Of a stretch of DNA of 23,314 bases, positions 8,479 to 14,689 are shown piece after piece (the first letter of the stretch is position 1; every line of letters starts with the position of its first letter). Source of the stretch: Bdellovibrio sp. Lineage in GTDB: Bacteria > Bdellovibrionota > Bdellovibrionia > Bdellovibrionales > Bdellovibrionaceae. The notes under the pieces were generated by a model. The model was not told the origin of the DNA, searched no databases, and saw only the letters and a list, made by a program, of their open reading frames with translations. A program made the translations under genes and the position numbers. The DNA is taken from NCBI GenBank assembly GCA_046318155.1, contig JBKCUU010000034.1:1-23314 (forward strand), given 5' to 3'.

Positions 8479-9423
8479 TCAGGATGCCTTCATTTTAAAA
8501 AGCACCGAATACATCGCATTGAGCATCTCGGGGTCGTAGCGGCCCGCAAGTTTTTCTTTCATCATGGTGACGGCTTCGGTCGGAGTCATCGGGACATTGT
8601 AAGAGCGCTGAGTGGTCATGGCATCGTAGGTATCCGTGATTGCAACGATCCGGGCAAAAGGATGAATCTCTTCAGCTACGAGCTGTTGTGGATAACCATT
8701 GCCCGCCCACGATTCGTGATGCTCGAAGCAGGCGGCCTTAATGGCCTCGCTCACAAGGGGATTTTCTTTTAAGAGGACCAATCCGAATTGGGGGTGCTTT
8801 TGCATCTGCGCCCATTCGGCGTCGTTCAGGGGGCCCTTTTTGCACAGAATATCGATATTCACTTGGCGTTTGCCGATGTCATGAAAAAGTGCGGCGACTC
8901 CCATCTCTTCAAGATCGGCTTTTGAGAAGCTCAAAGCCTCACACAATCCCAGCGAGTAGATGCTGACATCCAGAGAGTGGTTGTAGGTGTAAAAGTCGTG
9001 GCCCGAGAGTGAAATCAAGTGCGCCATCGCCCTGGGTTCGGCCTCCATAAATTCGACAAACTGTTGAATCAAGGGACGCGACTGATCAAGCGCTTTATTC
9101 ACATCTGGATTTTCAAACAATTCTTCAACTAAGGTCATTGAAGACTCGCGCAAGACGACTGATTTCTCGCGCACACCCAGCGTGTCTGACATCATTTGGT
9201 TGTGCACATAGCCCTTGTATTGACGTCGGTCCTCTTCCTTCACCAGAAAGTGGTTACCCGTATCCTTTGCCATCAAGGCGCGTAACTTTTCTTCATCCAA
9301 TTTGTCGCCGGCGCGCAAGTATGTGATTAACTGATTGTTGATCCGCAAATGCAGGTCAAATGTGGTCGGTTTACCAGGGATCAAGGTGTTGATTCTGACT
9401 TTGAAGTAGCCGTGATTTTCCAT
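8479..9423 (-). CDS. HD-GYP domain cyclic-dinucleotide phosphodiesterase
   Basis: Intact metal ligands and motifs: YTYNHS, HDIGK, HP, HHE..GNGYP, ARIVAITDTYDAMT and RSYN. Start placed at ATG 9423. Confidence 0.93.
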   Translation of the reverse strand: MENHGYFKVRINTLIPGKPTTFDLHLRINNQLITYLRAGDKLDEEKLRALMAKDTGNHFLVKEEDRRQYKGYVHNQMMSDTLGVREKSVVLRESSMTLVEELFENPDVNKALDQSRPLIQQFVEFMEAEPRAMAHLISLSGHDFYTYNHSLDVSIYSLGLCEALSFSKADLEEMGVAALFHDIGKRQVNIDILCKKGPLNDAEWAQMQKHPQFGLVLLKENPLVSEAIKAACFEHHESWAGNGYPQQLVAEEIHPFARIVAITDTYDAMTTQRSYNVPMTPTEAVTMMKEKLAGRYDPEMLNAMYSVLFKMKAS

Positions 9424-9525
9424 GCTTTTAGTATACCGCCTCTGTCTTGAATCTGCTTTAAATTCCCATTCTGAGACATGGAATGAGTGGACAAAAGACC
9501 AGGCTTTTCTTAGGCTTTCTTCAAG

Positions 9526-11646
9526 ATGCGGGACCAAGGTGATCTAAAAAAACCCAAACTCAAGCTCGAGACAGACGTCAAATACCTCAAGGGTGTTGGA
9601 CCAAAGCTGGGGGCCTTGCTTGCCAAACGTGGGATTCGAACCGTTTTGGATTTGTTGACCTACTATCCGCGCGCTTATGAAGACCGCCGCGCGGCTCGCA
9701 ATATCGGAACTCTCAAGGAAAATGATCTGGTCAGCCTGAAGGCTCAGGTCATCAAGGTCTCCTCAGTTATGATGGGCCGCTCAAAGCGCAAAATGTACGA
9801 TGTGCTCATTCGCGACTCGAGCGGGCAGATACACTGCAAATATTTTCGCGTTCCGTATAAAGGTTATTTTGAGCGCTTTCAACCCTTTCAAGACGTGCGC
9901 ATCGTCGGCAAGGTCACCAATTACCGCGGCAAGCTCGAGTTTCACCATCCCGATCTGCGCGATATCGAACCTGATGAAGAGCTGCAAGATATCCTCGCGC
10001 CGATTTATGTCGAGATCGAAAATCTTTCGAGCATGAAGATTGCGCGCATGATCCGGTCGGTGTTTGAGCACCTGCCGGCCGAGGCTGTGCCCGTCGAGAA
10101 GTTTTCGCCCGCTCTGCGAGAAAAATACAATTTGCTGACCCGGTGGGAGGCGCTGTGGCAGTTGCATAACCCCCAAGTTGATCAAGCGGCCCTGCTCATG
10201 GAGCAGAGGTCAGACGCTCACCGCCGCATTATTTTTGAAGAGTTTTTTTGGATGGAGCTTTATTTAGCCGCTCGCAAAACGGGGCTGCAAAAAGAGCCGG
10301 GCATCGCCATTCCGGCCGGCAGAGCGCTGAGTGCAAAGTTGATTCAGAGTCTTCCCTTTGAGCTCACCAAGGCACAAAAGCGGGTGATTCGCGAAGTGAG
10401 TCAAGACTTGGGTCAGCGACATCCGATGTCCCGCCTGGTTCAAGGCGATGTCGGCTCAGGCAAAACAATGGTCGCGATGCTGGCGGCGCTGCAGGCGATT
10501 GAGGCGGGTCATCAAGCCTGTCTGATGGCTCCGACCGAAATTTTAGCGGAGCAACATTTTCGCAACGCCAAAAAATTGTTTGAACCCCTCGGCCTCAAGG
10601 TGGGCTTGCTGACCGGAAAATCCAAAACTAAAGAGCGAAGTGAATTGCACGCGGCACTTGAGTCGGGCGACATTCATTTTTTAATCGGTACGCATGCCTT
10701 GATTGAAGACGTCGTGCAGTTTAAATCTTTGGCGGTGGTCGTGATTGATGAGCAGCACCGTTTCGGCGTCGAGCAAAGGGCCAAGCTCAAACGCAAGGGA
10801 CTCTCTCCGCACTTTTTAGTCATGACCGCAACGCCCATTCCTAGAACGCTGGCGATGACCGTTTATGGGGATCTGGATGTGTCGGTACTGGATGAATTGC
10901 CACCAGGCCGGATACCGATTCAAACGCGGGTGATTTTTGAGTCCAAGCGCCCGGAAGCGATTGCTTTTATGGCGGCTCAGATCGAACGCGGCCGACAGGC
11001 CTACGTCGTTTACCCCTTGGTCGAAGAGTCCGAAAAAATTGATCTGAAGAACGCCTTTGATGAATTTGAAAAACTACGCAGTCAGTTTCCGCAAATTCAA
11101 TTTGGTCTTTTGCATGGACGAATGAAGTCGGATGAGAAAGATCAGATCATGAACGAGTTCCGCGAGGGACGCATTCAGGTGCTTGTCTCGACCACCGTGA
11201 TCGAAGTGGGCGTGGATGTTCCGAATGCCAATTTGATGATCATCGAGCACAGCGAACGTTTTGGTTTGTCGCAGCTGCATCAGCTTCGCGGGCGCGTGGG
11301 GCGGGGAGCGCATAAAAGTTTTTGCGTGATGATCATGGGTTATGCCGTCAGTACTGAGGCCCGCGAACGCACCGCTTTTATGGAGCAAACTTCGGATGGA
11401 TTCAAGATTGCCGAATTTGATCTTGAACTACGGGGACCGGGCGAGTTTTTAGGTACCCGCCAATCGGGTCTTCCGGGATTTCAAATGGCAAACTTGGTCC
11501 GCGACGTCGCCTTGTTAACCGAGGCCCGCGAAGCTGCCTTCGACCTTCTAAATGCCGACACGAAACTCGCCAAACCCGAAAACGAACACCTGCGGAATGA
11601 ACTCTTAGACAAGCACGGCCCCACCGCTCTCGCCGGTATTGCCTAG
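9526..11646 (+). CDS. recG: ATP-dependent DNA helicase RecG
   Basis: N-terminal 'LKGVGPK...YYPRAYED', wedge/OB domain, 'QGDVGSGKT', 'DEQHRFG', 'MTATPIPRTL', 'QLRGRVGRG' and the TRG motif 'DLELRGPGEFLGTRQSG'. Confidence 0.98.
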   Translation: MRDQGDLKKPKLKLETDVKYLKGVGPKLGALLAKRGIRTVLDLLTYYPRAYEDRRAARNIGTLKENDLVSLKAQVIKVSSVMMGRSKRKMYDVLIRDSSGQIHCKYFRVPYKGYFERFQPFQDVRIVGKVTNYRGKLEFHHPDLRDIEPDEELQDILAPIYVEIENLSSMKIARMIRSVFEHLPAEAVPVEKFSPALREKYNLLTRWEALWQLHNPQVDQAALLMEQRSDAHRRIIFEEFFWMELYLAARKTGLQKEPGIAIPAGRALSAKLIQSLPFELTKAQKRVIREVSQDLGQRHPMSRLVQGDVGSGKTMVAMLAALQAIEAGHQACLMAPTEILAEQHFRNAKKLFEPLGLKVGLLTGKSKTKERSELHAALESGDIHFLIGTHALIEDVVQFKSLAVVVIDEQHRFGVEQRAKLKRKGLSPHFLVMTATPIPRTLAMTVYGDLDVSVLDELPPGRIPIQTRVIFESKRPEAIAFMAAQIERGRQAYVVYPLVEESEKIDLKNAFDEFEKLRSQFPQIQFGLLHGRMKSDEKDQIMNEFREGRIQVLVSTTVIEVGVDVPNANLMIIEHSERFGLSQLHQLRGRVGRGAHKSFCVMIMGYAVSTEARERTAFMEQTSDGFKIAEFDLELRGPGEFLGTRQSGLPGFQMANLVRDVALLTEAREAAFDLLNADTKLAKPENEHLRNELLDKHGPTALAGIA

Positions 11647-11693
11647 GTGCGCAGGTCGAACAAGTAGGCGAACACCTTAACCATGGCTCTACA

Positions 11694-11849
11694 GTGCTTA
11701 TATTCGAGTATGAATGCTTTCCAGAAGCTAAAATTTTGTTGGGCAGGGAATTAAAGGCTCTTTTTTTGAAGCTTGGGAGCTGGACGGCTGTTGGCAGTTC
11801 AATTGGAGCCAGCGAATCGTTTGCTCGGCAGAATGTAAATAAAGAGTAG
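11694..11849 (+). pseudogene. Small Cro-like helix-turn-helix ORF or gene fragment (51 aa)
   Basis: Below the ORF-track cutoff. Translation: MLIFEYECFPEAKILLGRELKALFLKLGSWTAVGSSIGASESFARQNVNKE*. 'GSWTAVGSSIGASESFARQ' fits an HTH pattern. No SD. The frame is open from 11601. Confidence 0.4.
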
Positions 11850-11902
11850 GTTCTGCGAGAAAAGCAAAACTCAGCGTTTTTTAGAAAAAATGGATTTTCT
11901 TG

Positions 11903-11935
11903 AAAAAACAAAGCCCAACGAAAAGTCGCTGGGCT
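11903..11935 (-). terminator. Intrinsic terminator of the flgC-like/lipoprotein unit
   Basis: Minus strand reads AGCCCAGCGA-CTTT-TCGTTGGGCT (10 bp with one G-U pair) followed by TTGTTTTTT, 30 nt past the lipoprotein stop. Confidence 0.8.
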
Positions 11936-11965
11936 GCTGTTTCAGAACGAAGTGGCTTATGAACG

Positions 11966-12928
11966 CTAATTTTTTGTCTTCGTTGGAATTATATCTGCGG
12001 TCCCCGCAAACGCGGTAGAAATCTCGGCAATCCTACGGTTTTCCAAATCAATAGCATAAAGCACATCATGAACTCGCAATAGCGCCGTTCTGCAAGAAGA
12101 GGTCGGCCACAGGCGATAATTGCTGCCATGTGGATGGGATTCCAAACCTGATGCAAATCGGATAACCGTCGTGCGTTTATCAGCTTCAATTTTGTCAATA
12201 GAGCGAACTTGTTTTGTTGAACCGGATCCATCTTCGGTAACCCCAAGCCGAAACTTACAGTCCGCAGTCTCTCTCGAAAAATACGGATGAAAATAGGCCT
12301 TGGGCTGAATCGTATTTAACTGGCGTTCTAGGGACTTGGTATTTGTCTTTACCCAATGGGTTTCCCGATCCTTACTGTCGTAGGTCGCAGTATAAATGGC
12401 GACTCCATCGGCGCTCCAAAATAAATCCGAAACTTCCTTTTTTGTAACCGCAGGAATAGTCTGGATAATTCCTTGAGGGATACGAACGATGACGAGATCA
12501 TCCTCAACATCAGAGCCTTTCGGTCGCCAGGCAAATGCAAATGTCGTTTTATCCGGAGAGACACGCACTGCGCCGATGCGCTTTCCCGGGGAATCAAATT
12601 GCTTTTGGAAGACGACTTTTCCAAGTTCAGCAGAAAAGGCGGTAACTCTGGATTCAGCTTTGTCTTTTAGCAGAAAGATGTCTTTATCAATACTGACGTC
12701 TTCAAGGCTCATGTCAGTCGATAGATTTTGAAGTTCGTCGAGCTTGTGAGTTCGAAAGTCGTAGCGTGCCAAAGTCTTCCCTGAAGCCGTGTGGAGCAGA
12801 GGGAAGACGACGAGGTTGTCTGAAATTTTCTCTTTTGCAGTTATGCCATCAGTGACTACGGGCTTCGAAACGCATGATGTAGGCAAAGCAAACACCATAA
12901 AGAGAAAAAGTAATTTAGGTTTCTTCAT
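11966..12928 (-). CDS. Putative lipoprotein with TolB/PD40-like beta-propeller repeats
   Basis: Start ATG 12928 with SD AGGAG. N-terminus MKKPKLLFLFMVFALPTS-C is an imperfect lipobox. Blade-like motifs 'VRVSPDKTTFAF' and 'LFWSADGVAIY'. Confidence 0.65.
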   Translation of the reverse strand: MKKPKLLFLFMVFALPTSCVSKPVVTDGITAKEKISDNLVVFPLLHTASGKTLARYDFRTHKLDELQNLSTDMSLEDVSIDKDIFLLKDKAESRVTAFSAELGKVVFQKQFDSPGKRIGAVRVSPDKTTFAFAWRPKGSDVEDDLVIVRIPQGIIQTIPAVTKKEVSDLFWSADGVAIYTATYDSKDRETHWVKTNTKSLERQLNTIQPKAYFHPYFSRETADCKFRLGVTEDGSGSTKQVRSIDKIEADKRTTVIRFASGLESHPHGSNYRLWPTSSCRTALLRVHDVLYAIDLENRRIAEISTAFAGTADIIPTKTKN

Positions 12929-13005
12929 CGGAAATCTCCTCATGGGTACTAGGCTACGGTGAAGATCGCTGCGTGTCGATGCTCGGTGCTTCAAAAGGTA
13001 AGTGT

Positions 13006-13374
13006 TTAGTTACAGTTTTTATCTACAGCATCATAGGCTCGCGTGGCCTCTATCATTGCTGAAAGTTCCTCCATAAGATCTATGTCGGGATATTTCACGT
13101 AACCACTATCATCAGCATCTGGACTATTTGGTTCGTATCTAAGAAGACTCGCTTGGCTGGATACTATCTCGCATAAATGATTGTCGCAAAAAAGTGATTT
13201 TTTCTGGTAGGGACCTCCCTCTGGCGTTCTAGTCGTATTAACATTGGCAATGTTTGATGCAATAACATCCATATCGAGTTGAATGTATTCTCTCACCCTA
13301 CAAGCTTCCAAACTTGCAGCATTGGTAACAGTAACCGTGCTTAATAAAATCAGCACACACAAGATACTTTTCAT
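13006..13374 (-). CDS. Orphan FlgC (flagellar basal-body rod)-like protein with signal peptide, C-terminally shortened
   Basis: FlgC signatures 'MDVIASNIANVNTTRTPEGGPYQKK' and 'YEPNSPDADDSGYVKYPDIDLMEELSAMIEATRAY'. Start ATG 13374 with GGAGG SD. 122 aa. Confidence 0.85.
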   Translation of the reverse strand: MKSILCVLILLSTVTVTNAASLEACRVREYIQLDMDVIASNIANVNTTRTPEGGPYQKKSLFCDNHLCEIVSSQASLLRYEPNSPDADDSGYVKYPDIDLMEELSAMIEATRAYDAVDKNCN

Positions 13375-13392
13375 GGGTTCCTCCAGAAAAAA

Positions 13393-13403
13393 ATTATAGC
13401 ACA
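13393..13403 (-). promoter_or_regulatory. Extended -10 sigma70-type promoter of the flgC-like gene
   Basis: Minus strand TGTGCTATAAT is a perfect TRTGnTATAAT. The predicted start site near 13385 leaves a short leader containing GGAGG. Confidence 0.65.
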
Positions 13404-13494
13404 AGCCTTACATTCAAGCTCCTGGACCTACGTATTAACGCCAAATCTTTTGACCCTTGTTCCCATCATCATTACGCAGTCTTCTGAATCCGAT

Positions 13495-13635
13495 TGAGCG
13501 GCGGTGCTCAGGGAAGGTCGGCTCATTGCAGTCGCTGGTGGCTCTGGGATTGCGAGATCTGCTCCTGTGGCTCAGCTTCGCTTCGCCGGTCGCAGATCTC
13601 GCTTTGACAGTTCCAGGCCTCTGGCCTGCCGCTTA
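13495..13635 (+). other. Long imperfect rod-like hairpin (structured RNA or mobile-element end)
   Basis: Nested stems 13495-13504/13626-13635, 13534-13542/13617-13625 and 13544-13551/13609-13616, plus a perfect 11-bp GCGAGATCTGC/GCAGATCTCGC (13552-13562/13592-13602). Non-WC pairs are mostly G-U on the + strand. Confidence 0.6.
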
Positions 13636-13869
13636 CATATTTCGATCAATATCATGCAGGCCTCTAAATCCAGGCGGGTGGACCCTTCAATTTTCCCTCA
13701 ACCAAGTTAATTCATCGATAAGGAGGTAAACAGCCTTACGCGTTGGTTCTCACCGTCAAGTAATCGGATTTTGCCCATGCGGGTAAGTGCTTGAATTTAG
13801 GTCCAAAAGTAAGCCCCGTGCACCTCTCCGAAGAGCTGCACTCTGGAGCTTCAGCTTGTTGTTTTTTCA

Positions 13870-13899
13870 CGGCCTGGTGCTCCCAGGCCGCTTTCTTTT
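13870..13899 (+). terminator. Intrinsic terminator-like hairpin upstream of the carD promoter
   Basis: CGGCCTGG-TGCTC-CCAGGCCG (8-bp GC-rich stem) followed by CTTTCTTTT. Confidence 0.6.
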
Positions 13900-13926
13900 G
13901 ATAGATCGTGTCAAATGGGCTATAAC
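13898..13926 (+). promoter_or_regulatory. Putative sigma70 promoter of carD
   Basis: TTGATA-N17-TATAAC, a 5/6 match in each hexamer with optimal spacing. Confidence 0.45.
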
Positions 13927-14054
13927 TCTGACGGCTCGAAGACTGTCTGACGTGGTCTTGTTTTGAAGAGATGTTTCGAACCCGAAAAGAGAGGCTTTGC
14001 ATGAATAAATTGGGACCTCGTGAGAGTGCGATCCGCGAGAGGTCAAAAGCCCAG

Positions 14055-14555
14055 ATGCCATATAAAAATGTGGACTTCAAAGTGGGCGACAATGCCGTCT
14101 ACCCGGGACACGGGGTCGGCACTGTGATCTCCATCGAAACCAAAGAAATTATGGGCAGTAAGGCGGACTTCTACATCGTTCAGATCCGCGAAACTGGAAT
14201 GAAAGTGATGGTTCCCAAGAGCAATGCGGCAAGCGTTGGACTTCGTCCGATCATCTCACGCGAAGAGGCCGACAAGGTCATCGCGATTTTAAAATCAACC
14301 AATGTGAAAATTGACAATCAAACATGGAACCGTCGGTACCGCGAGTACATGGAAAAGATCAAAACCGGCTCGGTCTATGAGATCGCCGAAGTTTTGCGTG
14401 ATTTGTTTGTGCTCAAAGTCGATAAAGAATTGTCGTACGGCGAGCGCAATATGCTCGAGACCGCTCGTAAGCTCCTCATGAAGGAGTTGACACTAGCTGT
14501 CGACGAGAAAGAGCTCTCAGCTCAAGAAGACGTCAAGGCGATCTTCGGTTTTTAA
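14055..14555 (+). CDS. carD: CarD/CdnL-family RNA polymerase-binding transcription factor
   Basis: Motifs 'FKVGDNAVYPGHGVG', 'GLRPII', conserved W in 'TWNRRYREYMEKIKTGSVYEIAEVLRDL' and 'LSYGER'. Start is ATG 14055, or alternatively ATG 14001, which has a GAGG SD. Confidence 0.93.
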   Translation: MPYKNVDFKVGDNAVYPGHGVGTVISIETKEIMGSKADFYIVQIRETGMKVMVPKSNAASVGLRPIISREEADKVIAILKSTNVKIDNQTWNRRYREYMEKIKTGSVYEIAEVLRDLFVLKVDKELSYGERNMLETARKLLMKELTLAVDEKELSAQEDVKAIFGF

Positions 14556-14602
14556 GCTCTTAGGAGCCCACTTCGAATCTTTCAAAATTTGTGGACCTGA
14601 TT

Positions 14603-14635
14603 TTAGAGCCCATCCCTGATGGGCTCTAACATTTT
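14603..14635 (+). terminator. Perfect 12-bp hairpin between carD and gltX (terminator or processing stem)
   Basis: TTAGAGCCCATC-CCT-GATGGGCTCTAA followed by CATTTT (weak U tract). Confidence 0.55.
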
Positions 14636-14689
14636 GGGCGAATGTTTGCTAGCCTGAGAGGCCAGCGTCTACCCCTTGTGGAGGTTCCA

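Larger units (their letters stand above)
11647..13736. mobile_element. Lower-GC accessory islet between recG and carD (no mobility gene present; boundaries approximate)
   Basis: Hand-counted GC is about 41% over 13021-13380 and about 45% over 12301-12480, versus about 57% in a recG sample (10381-10560). Contains non-housekeeping genes, an HTH-like gene fragment at the left edge and a structured leader with an orphan SD at the right edge. Confidence 0.5.

Noticed and set aside
9430..9460. Possible sigma28 promoter for the HD-GYP gene (TAAA-N16-GGCGGTAT)
   Set aside because: Only 5/8 match in the -10 element, and the GCCGA core is broken.
11646..11680. GGTGCGCAGG resembling the reverse complement of a tRNA 3' end (att-like), and a 9-nt repeat CGAACACCT (11583, 11669)
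   Set aside because: Too short, no CCA or T-arm, and no partner copy at the other end of the islet. Not supportable as an att site.
11402..11911. 169-aa minus-strand ORF overlapping the recG end
   Set aside because: Starts within the terminator T tract, overlaps recG antisense and has no motifs.
13006..13374. Calling this gene the canonical flgC
   Set aside because: The signal peptide, cysteines, truncated C-terminus and absence of flgB/fliE context argue against the bona fide rod subunit, so the symbol was withheld.
13719..13736. Similarity of AAGGAGGTAAACAGCC to the reverse complement of the 16S rRNA 3' end
   Set aside because: The match is limited to the SD core and a few bases, with no further rRNA sequence.
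13457..14092. ORFs 13457-13729 (+), 13504-13710 (+) and 13736-14092 (-)
   Set aside because: No SD or motifs. They run through hairpins or the carD promoter and are better explained as non-coding.
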